Of a DNA stretch of 60,679 nucleotides, positions 30,560-43,110 are shown one piece after another; within the stretch, counting starts at the first letter, position 1; every line of letters begins with the position of its first letter. The stretch spans positions 1 through 60,679 of the forward strand of contig JAXDGC010000237.1 in the NCBI GenBank assembly GCA_034665245.1, given 5' to 3'. Origin of the DNA: Solirubrobacteraceae bacterium (GTDB taxonomy: Bacteria; Actinomycetota; Thermoleophilia; Solirubrobacterales; Solirubrobacteraceae). Below the pieces are notes generated by a model. The model was not told the origin of the DNA. It was given only the letters and a program-made list of their open reading frames with translations, and ran no database searches. The translations under genes were made by a program, and so were the position numbers.

Positions 30560-32491
30560 TCAGGAGGCGAGGGCGAGTGGCTCGTCGGCGGAGAGCCCCG
30601 GCGCCTCGCCGTCGACGAACAGGCGCTGCCAGCGTTCGAGCAGCAGCAGGCAGAACAGGCGCTGGCTGCTCTTCTTGCCCGCCTCGCCGCCGGCCTCGAG
30701 GATCAGGCGCTCGACCGCATCGGCGCGGTACTGGCCGCGCGCGAGCGCGCGTCCGTCGAGCAGCGTCTCGCGCACCAGCGCGTCACGGTGGACCCCGAGC
30801 CAGGCGCCGAGTGCCGAGTGGAAGAACCCGCGCTTGGGCTTGTCGATGATCGCGTCCTCGACGAGCCCGCGGCTTGCGCGCTTGAGCAGCTCCTTGCGGC
30901 GCCCGTGAAAGACGCGGCGGGAGTCCGGCAGGCGCGTGCAGAACTCGACGAGCCTGTGGTCCATGAAGGGGACCCGCACCTCGAGCGACGTCGCCATCGA
31001 CATCTTGTCGAAGTACAGGAGCATGTTGTCCACGAGCGCCAGGCGCGTGTCGAGGTGCAGCGTCTCGCCGAGCGGGCTGCCGGGAGCACGCGCCAGCTGA
31101 CGGCGGACCACCGCGGCGATCTCCTCCTCGGCGTCCGGGTGCATGAAGGCGGGGTCGAGCAGCTCGGCGCGCTCGTGTGACTGGACGACCCGGCTCATGG
31201 CGAGCAGTCGCTCCACCGGGTCGTCCGTGGTCACGGCTGCGATCCCGCGCGCAAGCGTCGAGCCCGCCGGCGCGGTCCGAGCGGCAGCTGCCGCCGCGCG
31301 CCGCAGGGCGGCCGGCGCGCGGTGGAAGGTGGTGGCAAGCGCGGCGATCTCGTGCTTGCGATAGCCGCCGAGGAGCTCGTCCGCGCCCTGCCCGGAGAGG
31401 GCCACGGTCACGGTCTCGCGCGCGAGGCGGCTGAGCAGCAGGAAGCCCAGGCAGGAGACGTCGGCGACCGGCTCCTCCATGTGCCACAGCGCCTCGTCGA
31501 GCAGCGCCGGGTGGTCGACCGCGCTGGTCGTCAGCTCGTGGTGGTCGGTCCCGAGCCGCTCCGCCACACGCAGCGCGTCGCCAAGCTCGTTGGAGCCGCC
31601 GTCCTCGGCGAACGCGATCGAAAACGTCTGGACTGGCCGCGTGGAGCGCTCCGCCATGATCGCGGTGATCAGGCTCGAGTCGAGCCCGCCGCTGAGCATG
31701 ACGCCGAGCGGCACGTCGGCGACCATCCGCATGTCGATGGCCTCGCGCAGCAGCTCGAGCAGCTGCTCGGTGTCCTCGGCCCAGCTCTGGTTCGGTCGCT
31801 CCTCCCCGTCCACGTACGGGTCCCAGTACGTGTGCTCGTCGACCAGGCGGCCGTCCTCCCAGACGAGGACGGACGCGGGCGGGAGCTTGCTCACGCCCGC
31901 GAACAGCGTGCGCGGGCCGGGGACGAAGCCATGGGCGAGAAACAGCTCCGCGGCGAGCGGATCGAGCTCGGCCTCGACCAGGCCGCCGGCGATCAGGGAC
32001 TTGACCTCCGAGGCGAACGCGAGCCCGTCCGGCGTCTGCGCCCAGTACAGGGGCTTGACGCCCATACGGTCGCGGGCGAGCACGAGCCGGCGGCGGGGGG
32101 CGTCCCAGAGGGCGATGCCGAACATCCCGCGCAGGTGCCGCGCGAAGTCGACGCCGTATTGCTCATAGAGGTGGACGATCGGCTCGGCGTCGCCCATCGT
32201 GGCGAGCCGGTGGCCGCGCGAGATCAGATCGCGGCGCAGCTCGGCGAAGTTGTAGATCTCGCCGTTGAAGACCGCGCGCACGCCGCCGTCCTCCGTGGCG
32301 ACCGGCTGGTGGCTGCCCGAGAGGTCGATGACGCTCAGCCGGCGCATGCCGAGCGCGACGCCCGGCTCCACGTGAAGGCCGTCCTCGTCGGGGCCGCGAT
32401 GGCGGATGACGTCGGTCATCGCCCGGAGGCGCCCGAGGTGGACGGGAGGGCGCCTCGAGTCGCGCCCGGCGATTCCGCATATGCCGCACAT
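30560..32491 (-). CDS. asnB: asparagine synthase (glutamine-hydrolysing) family amidotransferase, copy 2
   Basis: MCGICGIAG N-terminus, NGEIYNFAELR, and the SGGLDSS PP-loop. Confidence 0.9.
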   Translation of the reverse strand: MCGICGIAGRDSRRPPVHLGRLRAMTDVIRHRGPDEDGLHVEPGVALGMRRLSVIDLSGSHQPVATEDGGVRAVFNGEIYNFAELRRDLISRGHRLATMGDAEPIVHLYEQYGVDFARHLRGMFGIALWDAPRRRLVLARDRMGVKPLYWAQTPDGLAFASEVKSLIAGGLVEAELDPLAAELFLAHGFVPGPRTLFAGVSKLPPASVLVWEDGRLVDEHTYWDPYVDGEERPNQSWAEDTEQLLELLREAIDMRMVADVPLGVMLSGGLDSSLITAIMAERSTRPVQTFSIAFAEDGGSNELGDALRVAERLGTDHHELTTSAVDHPALLDEALWHMEEPVADVSCLGFLLLSRLARETVTVALSGQGADELLGGYRKHEIAALATTFHRAPAALRRAAAAAARTAPAGSTLARGIAAVTTDDPVERLLAMSRVVQSHERAELLDPAFMHPDAEEEIAAVVRRQLARAPGSPLGETLHLDTRLALVDNMLLYFDKMSMATSLEVRVPFMDHRLVEFCTRLPDSRRVFHGRRKELLKRASRGLVEDAIIDKPKRGFFHSALGAWLGVHRDALVRETLLDGRALARGQYRADAVERLILEAGGEAGKKSSQRLFCLLLLERWQRLFVDGEAPGLSADEPLALAS

Positions 32492-32562
32492 TCAACAGTC
32501 ATACGCTCGGCCCCCCACGCTCCTTGCACCGGAAGTTCGGGCGGGTCCCGTGCGTTTGATGG

Positions 32563-33459
32563 GTGATGAACCAGCGAGTGCTGATCATCTCCCCGGTCCG
32601 CAACGAGGCGGCTCACATCGAGCGCGTCGTGCGTGCCGTCGCGGAGCAGACCGCCCCGCCGGCACGCTGGGTCGTGCTCGATGACGGCTCCACCGACGGG
32701 ACGCTCGAGATCCTGCGCGCGCTCGCGCCTGACGTGCCGTTCCTGACCGTGCTCTCCTCGGCAGACACCCCCGATCTGCAGGCCGCTCCCGACCGCCTCG
32801 CGCGCGCCGCCGCGCCGCGCGCCTTCAACCGGGCGCTCGCCACGGTCGACTGGAGCGAGTACACGCACGTGATGAAGCTGGACGGCGACATCGAGTTGCC
32901 GCCCGACTACTTCGCTCAGCTGTCGGCGCGCTTCGACGCGGACCCACGGCTGGGGATCGCATGCGGCGACCTCGTGGAGCCCGAGGGGGACGGTTTCAAG
33001 CTGGTGCCGATCCCGCCGCACCACGTGCATGGGGCGCTCAAGTGCTACACGCGGGCGTGCTTCGCGGCGATCGGCGGCGTGCAGCAGCGGCTCGGCTGGG
33101 ACACCATCGACGAGACGTACGCGCGCATGCGGGGCTTCACGACTCGCTCGTACCGGGACATCGTCGCCGTCCACCACCGTCCGCTGGCCACCGCCGACGG
33201 CGCCCTCCGCGGGCGCGCGCGCCACGGCGAATGTGCCTACGTCGCGCACTTCAGCCTTCTGTGGGTGGCCCTGCGGGCGTTCAAGATCGCCCGCTACCCG
33301 CCGGTGGGGATCTCCGGGCTCGCCTTCTTCTACGGCTTCGTCCGAGCGGCCTGTCGCCGCACGGAGCGCGTCCCTGACATCGAGTTCCGACGCTTCGCCA
33401 GGCAAGAGCTGCGTCGACGGCTGTGGCGCGCAGCCGGCCTGGTCAGGGAGGCGGCATGA
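32563..33459 (+). CDS. glycosyltransferase family 2
   Basis: Motifs: VLIISPVRNEAAHI...VVLDDGSTDGT...KLDGDIELPPDYF. Start is GTG 32563 or ATG 32566. Confidence 0.8.
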   Translation: MMNQRVLIISPVRNEAAHIERVVRAVAEQTAPPARWVVLDDGSTDGTLEILRALAPDVPFLTVLSSADTPDLQAAPDRLARAAAPRAFNRALATVDWSEYTHVMKLDGDIELPPDYFAQLSARFDADPRLGIACGDLVEPEGDGFKLVPIPPHHVHGALKCYTRACFAAIGGVQQRLGWDTIDETYARMRGFTTRSYRDIVAVHHRPLATADGALRGRARHGECAYVAHFSLLWVALRAFKIARYPPVGISGLAFFYGFVRAACRRTERVPDIEFRRFARQELRRRLWRAAGLVREAA

Positions 33460-34699
33460 GCATCGGGATCGTCGGGCTGGGCTACGTGGGACTGCCACTG
33501 GCGGTGGCGTTCGCGGAGGCCGGGGAGCACGTTGTCGGCCTGGACCTCGATAACCGCAAGATCGCGGGGATCCGGGCCGGCCACTCGTACATCGAGGACA
33601 TCCCCGACGCGCGGCTGCGCGGCGTCGACGGCCGCATCCACGCCACCTCGCGCTTCGTGGAGCTGCACGAGTGCGAGGCGATCCTCATCTGCGTGCCGAC
33701 GCCCCTGACCCGCAACCGCGAGCCGGACCTGGGCGCGCTGCTCGGCGCCGGGCGCGCGCTGGCGGGGGTCATCCGCCGCGGGCAGCTGGTCGTGCTCGAG
33801 TCGACGACCTTCCCGGGGACGACGCGCGAGCATCTCGTGCCGCTGCTCGAGGAGTCCGGGCTGCGCGCGGGCGAGGACTTCTCCCTCGCGTTCTCCCCCG
33901 AGCGGGTCGACCCGGGGCGCACCGACTACACGACCCGCACGACCCCGAAGGTCGTCGGCGGCTTGACCGCGGCCTGCACCGAGCGGGCCGCGGCCGTCTA
34001 CGCGCGCGTGTGCGACCACATCGTGCCCGTCTCAAACCCGGAGGTCGCCGAGCTCTCGAAGCTGCTCGAGAACATCTTCCGCTCGGTCAACATCGCGCTC
34101 GTCAACGAGCTCGCGATGGTCGCGGATCGGATGGGAATCGACATCTGGGAGGTCGTCGACGCGGCCTCGACGAAGCCGTTCGGCTTCATGCGCTTCGAGC
34201 CGGGCCCGGGGATGGGCGGCCACTGCCTGCCCGTCGACCCGTTCTACCTGACGTGGAAGGCGCGCGAGTTCGACATCTCCACGGAGTTCATCGAGCTGGC
34301 CGGCAAGGTCAACCAGAACATGCCCTACTTCTGCCTCGAGAAGATCGAGCGGGCGCTCAATGACGCGGGTAAGCCGGTGCGCGGCAGCGGCGTGCTCGTC
34401 GTGGGCGCGTCCTACAAGGCGGGGGTCGGCGACCTCCGCGAAGCGCCGGCGCTGAAGATCATCGAGCTGCTCCAGAGCCGTGGCGCGGCGGTCGCCTACC
34501 ACGACCCCCACGTGCCCGAACTGACCGAGCAGCACCTGCGCTCAAAGCCGCTGACCGAGGGGCTCGACGGGATCGAGCTGGCGGTCATCGTCACCGCCCA
34601 CCCGACGGTCGACCACCAGATGGTCGTCGATCGCGCCCCGCTCGTGCTCGACCTCCGTGGGATCACCCGCGGCCTCGACAGCGCGCACGTGATGCAGCT

Positions 34700-34703
<4 letters not shown>
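33456..34703 (+). CDS. UDP-N-acetyl-hexosamine 6-dehydrogenase (UDP-glucose/GDP-mannose dehydrogenase family, WecC/WbpA-like)
   Basis: ATG 33456 overlaps the GT2 stop (ATGA), with AGGGAGG 5 nt upstream. Motifs: IGIVGLGYVGLPLAVAFAEAG and GGHCLPVDPFYL (catalytic Cys). Confidence 0.9.
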
Positions 34704-36463
<1,760 letters not shown>

Positions 36464-36574
36464 GCGGACGCTCCGAACTTGAGATGAGGGACGAACGGAG
36501 CTGCGCCGCAGGTGAACGCCCGCGCGACCCGCCGAGACTACGCCCCTATGTGTACCCGCAGACTCGCAGACGTA

Positions 36575-37972
36575 TCAGACGAGACCCGGCTCCTCGTCGC
36601 GCTCGGGTTGCTGCGCGGCGACGACGAGACCGAGAACGAAAAAGAGCATGTACGTGACGTGCGCGAAGGAGAGGACGTCGAAGAGGGCGCTGCCGACCAC
36701 GAACGACGCGATCGAGCCGGAGGCCGCCGCCATGAGATGAGGGGGCACCGCTCTGGCGCGCTTGCGGGCCCGGTGGGCGGCCACCATCCCCGAGATCAGC
36801 AGAAGGAGGTAGGACGCCGTCCCCACGATCCCGACCGTCACGAGCAGCCCGAGGTACTGGTTGTCGAGGATGCGGTACTTCAGGTGATCGTAGGACCCGT
36901 AGCCGCGACCCAGGGCGGGATGGGTCCGTATGTCCGGCGCGACGGCGTCGTAGTCGTTCGAGCGCTGCTGGGTGGAGTTCGTGCCGGTCAGGCGATCCGG
37001 CTGAAGCTGCTGGCGCAGGTTCCCGATCGCGCCGGGGGCGAGGACGTGCAGGATCACGATCAGGCCGATCGCGATCGGGAGCATCTGGCGCAGTGCGCGC
37101 GGGCGGTAGGCGAGCAGGACGATCACGCTCGCGCCGGAGGCGAGGAGGCCCGTCTTGCGCTGCGTGGCGAAGATGCCCGCGAACAGCAGCCCGGTGAGGG
37201 CGAGGCGCGCCATCCGCTTCCCGCGCTCCGTGGCCTCGAGCACGGACACGAGTGCGAACGGCACCGCGAGGTTGAGCACGAGCGCGAGCTCGAGCGGATG
37301 CTCCATTGACGCGTAGACCGTCGTGCGGCCCGAGTAGTCGATCGTGTGCAGGTCCAGAGGGACCTGCACGAGCGGGCCGAGGAGCGTCGAGGTCCAGTCG
37401 TAGAACGGGTTGATCTCGAGCCGATACTCGAGGTTGGTCATGATCGCGAGGATCGCGGCGAGCCCGACCATGAGCGAGATGAAGCGCGGCACCTCGGCCG
37501 GCCGGATGATCGAGGCCACGAGGCAGAAGAAGAGGCCGTAGGAGGCGAGCAGCGCCACCTGCTTGACCGAGACCTGGAGCTCCCCGAGGTTCATGAGGAT
37601 CGTGTTGTTGGCCAGCACGCTGAGGATGGCGAGGCAGAAGAACGCGCCGACCGCGGCGTGCATGCCGGTGAGGCGCACGCGCGGGCTCGCCGGGCCGCCG
37701 ACGATGAGCAGGGCGGCCAGCCAGAGGCCCGCCATCCCGCCCAGCATGAACCGGTCCAGGGTGGCGTCCAGTGGCAACGAGATCGGCAGGGCGATCGCGT
37801 GGAACGGGACGAGCATCAGCATCACGAGGAAGCCGGCGAGCGCCCAGGGCAGCGCCCGGGCCGTGTGGGGCCATGCGTCGGTCGCCGGATCGGCGGCCCG
37901 AATGGCGGCGAGCGTCGAACCCGCGGCACCCAGGTCAGGGGCCAGCGGCGGGTGACCGGCGTAAGTGCTCAC
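36575..37972 (-). CDS. O-antigen ligase/polymerase family membrane protein (Wzy-like)
   Basis: 465 aa with about 12 TM segments. A large loop precedes the ...LTGLLFAGIFATQRKTGLLASGASVIVLL block, typical of the Wzy_C/O-antigen-ligase family. Its start overlaps the PCP stop. Confidence 0.7.
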   Translation of the reverse strand: MSTYAGHPPLAPDLGAAGSTLAAIRAADPATDAWPHTARALPWALAGFLVMLMLVPFHAIALPISLPLDATLDRFMLGGMAGLWLAALLIVGGPASPRVRLTGMHAAVGAFFCLAILSVLANNTILMNLGELQVSVKQVALLASYGLFFCLVASIIRPAEVPRFISLMVGLAAILAIMTNLEYRLEINPFYDWTSTLLGPLVQVPLDLHTIDYSGRTTVYASMEHPLELALVLNLAVPFALVSVLEATERGKRMARLALTGLLFAGIFATQRKTGLLASGASVIVLLAYRPRALRQMLPIAIGLIVILHVLAPGAIGNLRQQLQPDRLTGTNSTQQRSNDYDAVAPDIRTHPALGRGYGSYDHLKYRILDNQYLGLLVTVGIVGTASYLLLLISGMVAAHRARKRARAVPPHLMAAASGSIASFVVGSALFDVLSFAHVTYMLFFVLGLVVAAQQPERDEEPGLV

Positions 37973-38820
37973 ACGGCGCGGCCGGCGTGACGCCGCCGCG
38001 GCTCGGCCACGGTCGGGAGCGTCTCGAGCGAGGGCTCGGGCGCCGTGCTGACAGTGGCCGCATTCGGCTCGGGTCGGGTCCGCGCCGACTGTGAGAGCTT
38101 CTGGAACCCGCGGGTGAGCGCATTGAGGGCGAGGATCCCGCCCAGCCCGGCGATCGCGATCCCGATGAAGGCCAGGATGGCCATGATCGGGTCGGCGCCG
38201 GAGTTGACGGTCCCGCCCTCGGCCGAGCCGAGCTCGCGGATCTGGGTCTGCGCGTGCGCCGGGACGTTCTGCTCACGTTCGAGACGCGAGATGTAGGCCC
38301 TTACGCCCGCGACGGTTCCCGCGGCGAGCGAGATCGCGGCCTTGGCGCTCGGCGCCTGGGCGTAGATCGAGACGATCGGCAGGTCCTGCTGGTAGTCGAA
38401 GACCAGGCGGTAGCCGGCCTTCTCGCCGCGCACCTCGTTGGCGCGCGCCTCCGACGGGCGCGGGAGGTTCTGCGTGCCGCCGGCCGTCGTGTAGGGGCCC
38501 TGCGCGACGATCAGGTTGGCCGGGATGCCGGTGGCCTGGCTGATGGCCTCCTTGACGGCGTTGGAGCGCATGAACTGCGTGTAGACCGCGGCGCGGGTCG
38601 CGAGCGGTGGGGTGTCCTGCGTGAGGTCGACCAGCGAGGAGCGCGGTGAGTCGATCAGGATCTGGCTCTGCGCCGCCCCGAACTGATGCGAGCGCGTGCT
38701 GAGTCCCCCCGTGCCGACGCGATAGACGGTCGACAAGCCGCCGAGAAAGGCCACGACCAGCACCGCCACGACGGCGATCCGCTGGTCCCACAAGGTCTTG
38801 ATGATCTGGGCGAGCTCCAC
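37969..38820 (-). CDS. polysaccharide co-polymerase / chain-length determinant (Wzz-like, no kinase domain)
   Basis: N-terminal MELAQIIKTLWDQRIAVVAVLVVAFLGGLSTVY (Wzz N-terminal pattern plus TM1). A periplasmic segment is followed by a C-terminal TM (IMAILAFIGIAIAGLGGILAL). Confidence 0.65.
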   Translation of the reverse strand: MELAQIIKTLWDQRIAVVAVLVVAFLGGLSTVYRVGTGGLSTRSHQFGAAQSQILIDSPRSSLVDLTQDTPPLATRAAVYTQFMRSNAVKEAISQATGIPANLIVAQGPYTTAGGTQNLPRPSEARANEVRGEKAGYRLVFDYQQDLPIVSIYAQAPSAKAAISLAAGTVAGVRAYISRLEREQNVPAHAQTQIRELGSAEGGTVNSGADPIMAILAFIGIAIAGLGGILALNALTRGFQKLSQSARTRPEPNAATVSTAPEPSLETLPTVAEPRRRHAGRAV

Positions 38821-38838
38821 GGTGTCAGTGGTGCCGGG

Positions 38839-40101
38839 TTAGACGGTGCCGGCAGCCTCTCTGATGGACGTACGGCGTCGGGCGAGCCCTGCTTTCGCGG
38901 GTTCTTCGGTGGGCTGCGCACCTGCCAATCCGTCCATCAGCGCGAGGTAGCGCTCGCGCTGACGTGCCCATGCCAGGTCAGCCAGGCGCACGCCGGCGCG
39001 CTCGGCGCGCGCGCGGGCCCCGGCGGGGTCCGCGCAGACCGCGGCGATGGCCTGCGCGAGCGACTCGGCGGAGTCGGGTTCGAAGAAGCGGAGCTCGTCG
39101 TCGGAGAAGTAGCGCTCGATCACCGGCAGCCGGGGCGCGATCGCCGGCAGTCCCATGTGGACGTACTCCAAGAGCTTGACCGGCAGCAGCAGCTCGGTGA
39201 ACGGATCGCGCAGCGTGGGCACGACGCCGAGGTGCGCCGCCTCCAGCTCACTCGGAATGCGCGCGAACGGCACCGGCTCCGGCGCGACGTCGACGCGCCC
39301 GGGCGCCAGGCTGTCGCCAAGGGCGCTCAGGCGTGCCTGTTCGACCCCGGTGCCGCACACCCGTACGCCCACCCGCGAGGCGTCGTCCTCGAGCCGTCCC
39401 ACGGCCTCGATCAAGAGCTCGACGCCGAAGCGCGGCGCGAGCCCGCCGTGGTAGATCGCGCGCAGCGGGCCGTCCGTGGGCCAGGCGACCGGTGCTCGCT
39501 GGGGCCCGAACACGCGCTCATCGGGCGTGTTCATCACGATCGTCGTCCGCCCGGTGCCGACGCCGCGGTCATTGAGCCGGTCGCCGGCCTCGGCGGTGAC
39601 GCAGATGACCGAGTCGGCGAACGCCGCCGATACGCGCTCCTGGACCGTGATCAGTCGCACGGCCGGATGTGACCCCGCGCGCTCGAAGCGCGTCGCGAAC
39701 AGCTCCGGAAAGGTGTCGTGGACGTTGAGGATCACCTTTGCGCCTCGCAGCTTGGGCACCAGCCCGCAGAAGGTGAGCATGTCGGGCATGTTGTGCGCCT
39801 CGACCACGTCGAAGCGGCGCCTGCGCTCGAGCGCGGTCACCTTGCCCAGCGCCCCGAGGAAGAAGCGCCCGTACCCGCTCAGGTAGCTGCTCGCGCCGCC
39901 GGCGGCCTTGGCCAGCGAAACGCTGTGCACGCGGATGATTCCCGCGCCGACCCGCAGCTCACCGGAGGGCGAGAGGCAGACCAGGTCCACCTCGTCGCCT
40001 CGTTCCGCGAGCGCTCGCGCCTGGCGCTGGATCCGGGAGTCGATGTGGAAGTCCGAGTAGTGGACCATGCAGACCCGCAGCGGGCTGCGGGCCGGGCTCA
40101 C
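38839..40101 (-). CDS. glycosyltransferase family 4 (GT-B)
   Basis: Motifs: LRVCMVHYSDFHIDSRIQRQARALAERGDEVDLV...PVKLLEYVHMGLPAIAP. Its start overlaps the upstream oxidoreductase stop. Confidence 0.85.
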   Translation of the reverse strand: MSPARSPLRVCMVHYSDFHIDSRIQRQARALAERGDEVDLVCLSPSGELRVGAGIIRVHSVSLAKAAGGASSYLSGYGRFFLGALGKVTALERRRRFDVVEAHNMPDMLTFCGLVPKLRGAKVILNVHDTFPELFATRFERAGSHPAVRLITVQERVSAAFADSVICVTAEAGDRLNDRGVGTGRTTIVMNTPDERVFGPQRAPVAWPTDGPLRAIYHGGLAPRFGVELLIEAVGRLEDDASRVGVRVCGTGVEQARLSALGDSLAPGRVDVAPEPVPFARIPSELEAAHLGVVPTLRDPFTELLLPVKLLEYVHMGLPAIAPRLPVIERYFSDDELRFFEPDSAESLAQAIAAVCADPAGARARAERAGVRLADLAWARQRERYLALMDGLAGAQPTEEPAKAGLARRRTSIREAAGTV

Positions 40102-41207
40102 GCAGCCGCCCTCTCGTCCACCACGGTGTTCAGAGAGATCGGCTGGCCGTTGCGACGCAGAGACGCCTCGGCGGCCTCCATCGCGTTGACGATCTCGAGC
40201 CCGAGCGCCGCGTTGGAGCGGGGGACGCTACCCGTGCGAGCGGCCTGCGCGAAGTCCTTGAGCTCCAGGCCCAGCGGCTCCCAGGCGTCGATGCGCGGGA
40301 TCACGATGTCGCCGCTGCGGTAGGTGAGCTGGTACTCGCCGAAGTTCTCCGGCGTGATGAAGTCCATGCCCCGGTCGTAGACGCGGACGGGCTCGTCGGA
40401 CTGGGTGTCGTCGTAGACGACCATCCGCTTGCTCCCGACCACGACCATCTGCCGGACCTTGCGAGGGGCGAGCCAGGAGACCTGGACGTTCGCGTTCGCC
40501 CCGCTCGCGAAGGTCAGGGTGAGGAACGCGGTCTCCGGGACGCCGGCCTGGAAGACGCTGCGGGCCGTCGCGGCGACCTGCACGACGGGCTCCTCGAGCC
40601 AGTAGAGCAGGATCGACAGGTCGTGCGGCGCGAGGTCGCAGATCACGCCGTCGCGCTGGTACTTGCCGAGGTTCATGCGGGCGGAGGTGATGAAGTAGAC
40701 CTCGCCCACGACGCCGTCGCGAATCAGGTCGCGGACCGTGTTGACCGCCGGGCTGTAGACGAACGTGTGGCCCGGCATCAGCACGAGGCCTTCCGTTTCC
40801 GCCAGGGCCACGAGCTCGCGGGCGTCCGCGGACGTCGTCGCCAGTGGCTTCTCGACCAGCACATGACGCCCGGCCTCGAGCGCCTGCTTGGCGATCGGGT
40901 AGTGGGTCTGCGGAGGCGTCGCGACGAGGACCGCTTCGACCTCGTCGTTGGCGAGGACGTCGGCCAGGCGCGACTCCACGGGGACGTCCGGATAGCGCTG
41001 GGAGAAGGTCTCCGCGCGCGTCTCGTCGGGCTCGCACAGCGCGACGAGCGCGAGCTCGGGCCGCTCGACGACATTGCGGGCAAGGTTCGGTCCCCAGTAG
41101 CCGTAGCCGACTACCGCGACGCCCAGCGGCGCGGCTGCCGAAGCGTCCACGAGCCGCCCGTTGCTCCAAGCGTCCACGACCGTGCTCTTCGAGTTCACGC
41201 CGCGCAT
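40098..41207 (-). CDS. Gfo/Idh/MocA-family sugar oxidoreductase (WbpB-like candidate)
   Basis: Motifs: LGVAVVGYGYWGPNLARN...HVLVEKPLATT. It lies in the operon with the DegT aminotransferase. Confidence 0.85.
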   Translation of the reverse strand: MRGVNSKSTVVDAWSNGRLVDASAAAPLGVAVVGYGYWGPNLARNVVERPELALVALCEPDETRAETFSQRYPDVPVESRLADVLANDEVEAVLVATPPQTHYPIAKQALEAGRHVLVEKPLATTSADARELVALAETEGLVLMPGHTFVYSPAVNTVRDLIRDGVVGEVYFITSARMNLGKYQRDGVICDLAPHDLSILLYWLEEPVVQVAATARSVFQAGVPETAFLTLTFASGANANVQVSWLAPRKVRQMVVVGSKRMVVYDDTQSDEPVRVYDRGMDFITPENFGEYQLTYRSGDIVIPRIDAWEPLGLELKDFAQAARTGSVPRSNAALGLEIVNAMEAAEASLRRNGQPISLNTVVDERAAA

Positions 41208-41210
41208 GGT

Positions 41211-41879
41211 CTACGCAGCTCCTTTCCTTGTGAGAACAACCCACACCGTCTTGGCGAGGATGAGCAGATCGAGGCCGACGCTGTTTCGCTCGGCGTACTC
41301 GACGTCCAGCCGGACCATCTCCTCGTAGGTCCGTTCGTTGCGGCCGCTGACCTGCCAGAGCCCGGTGAGGCCCGGCTTGACGGCGAAGCGGCGGAGGTAC
41401 GAGGACGGGTAGAGCTCCGCCTCGTACGGGATGACGGGGCGTGGCCCGACGAGCGCCATGTCGCCGCGGATGACGTTCCACAGCTGCGGCAGCTCGTCCA
41501 GGCTCGACTTGCGCAGCAGCCGGCCGATGCTGGTGACGCGGTCGTCGACGGCGAGCTTGTAGAGCCCTCCGCGGGTGGTGCCCTCGTCCTGGCGATCGAT
41601 CAGGGTCTTCACGTAGTCGCGGTGCGGCGCGGAGTCCGCGTCGGCGTGCATGGTGCGGAACTTGAGGACCGTGAAGGGGTCGAGGTCACGACCCAGCCGG
41701 CGCTGGCGGAAGACGATCGGCCCGGGAGAGGAGACCGCGATCGCGAGCGCGACCCCGGCCACCACCGGCGACAGCAGCAGCAGCGCCGTCGCGGCGAGGA
41801 CGATGTCGAGGCCACGGCGCAGGGAGGCCGCGGTGCGGCTCTGCCCCTGCCGGGCGATCAGAAGCTGATGCGCTTCCAC
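41211..41879 (-). CDS. initiating polyprenyl-phosphate sugar-phosphate transferase (bacterial sugar transferase, PglC/WbaP C-terminal type)
   Basis: Single N-terminal TM (LDIVLAATALLLLSPVVAGVALAI), then PIVFRQRRLGRDLDPFTVLKFRTM...LDELPQLWNVIRGDMALVGPRP. Confidence 0.9.
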   Translation of the reverse strand: MEAHQLLIARQGQSRTAASLRRGLDIVLAATALLLLSPVVAGVALAIAVSSPGPIVFRQRRLGRDLDPFTVLKFRTMHADADSAPHRDYVKTLIDRQDEGTTRGGLYKLAVDDRVTSIGRLLRKSSLDELPQLWNVIRGDMALVGPRPVIPYEAELYPSSYLRRFAVKPGLTGLWQVSGRNERTYEEMVRLDVEYAERNSVGLDLLILAKTVWVVLTRKGAA

Positions 41880-41892
41880 GCGTATTCTCCGT

Positions 41893-43110
41893 TCAGGCCG
41901 TCATTGCGGTTGACTCGCTCGACCTACGCGCGGGCGCGGCCGGCGCTTGCGAGGACCGGGCGAAACGCCGCACGACGGCGCTCGGAGGCGCGAACTCGCG
42001 GACGGCCTCGACCACGCGCGCGAGCTGCGCGTCGGTCATGCCCGGCCAGAGCGGCAGCGAGCAGATGCGCTCCGCCAGGCGTTCGCTGACGGGCCGCGAT
42101 CCGGCGCCGAGGCCGACGTGCGCGTAGGCGTCGGTGCGATGGATCGGCACGGGATAGTGGACCGCCGAGGCGATCCCACGCTCGTCGAGGTGCTCGCGCA
42201 GCGCGTCGCGGGCGTCCGTCCGTACGACGAACAGGTGGTAGACGTGGTCCGCGCCGTCGAACGGCGCGTCGATCAGCTCCACGGCGCTGTCCCGCAGGCC
42301 GTCGCGGAGCGCTGCGCCGAGTTCACGGCGACGGCGGTTCCACCCGTCCAGCCGGCCCAGCTTGACCCGCAGGATCGCGGCCTGCAGCGCGTCGAGGCGC
42401 GCGGTGGTCCCCACCACGCGATGCCGGTAGCGCGGGCGCTCGCCGTGCGAGCGCAGGAGGCGCACCTGATCGGCGAGGTCCTCGTCACGGGTGACGACGG
42501 CCCCGCCGTCGCCCCACGCGCCGAGGTTCTTGGTGGGATAGAACGAGAAGCAGCCGGCATCGCCGAACGTGCCGACGGGACGGCCCTTGTAGGTCGCCAT
42601 GTGCGCCTGGCACGCGTCCTCGATCACGGGGACGCCGGCCGCGCACGCGACCTCCAGGAGCGGGTCGAGGTCGACAGTGGATCCGTAGAGGTGGACGGGG
42701 ATCACGCAGCCGGTCTCGGGGCGGATGTGCTCGGCCACGATCTCGGCCGTCAGCAGGTGCGTGCGCTCGTCGACGTCGACGAGGCAGGGTGTCGCCCCGA
42801 CGAGGCTGACGGCCTCGGCGGTCGCGATGAAGGAGTTGGCCGGCACGATGACCTCGTGGCCGGGCCCGACGCCCAGCGCCCGTAGAGCGAGGACGATCGC
42901 CTCCGTCCCGGAGGAGACGCCGATGGCGTGCGGGGCGTCGAACGCGGTGGCGAGCTCCGCCTCGAAGCGCTCGAGCGCCTCACCCATCGTAAAGGCCCCG
43001 GTGGCCGCGATCCCGGCGACGACGTCGAGCAGCTCGGCGACCAGCGCCGGGTCCTCGTTGTCGAGCCGCAGGAGCGGGATCCGCTCGGTTGTCGAGTCGA
43101 TCACGCTCAT
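41893..43110 (-). CDS. DegT/DnrJ/EryC1/StrS-family PLP-dependent sugar aminotransferase
   Basis: ATG 43110 (MSVIDSTTERIPLLRLD...) overlaps the sigma gene stop (ATGA). Motifs: GVSSGTEAIVLALRALG and FSFYPTKNLGAWGDGGAV (PLP-binding Lys). Confidence 0.9.
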   Translation of the reverse strand: MSVIDSTTERIPLLRLDNEDPALVAELLDVVAGIAATGAFTMGEALERFEAELATAFDAPHAIGVSSGTEAIVLALRALGVGPGHEVIVPANSFIATAEAVSLVGATPCLVDVDERTHLLTAEIVAEHIRPETGCVIPVHLYGSTVDLDPLLEVACAAGVPVIEDACQAHMATYKGRPVGTFGDAGCFSFYPTKNLGAWGDGGAVVTRDEDLADQVRLLRSHGERPRYRHRVVGTTARLDALQAAILRVKLGRLDGWNRRRRELGAALRDGLRDSAVELIDAPFDGADHVYHLFVVRTDARDALREHLDERGIASAVHYPVPIHRTDAYAHVGLGAGSRPVSERLAERICSLPLWPGMTDAQLARVVEAVREFAPPSAVVRRFARSSQAPAAPARRSSESTAMTA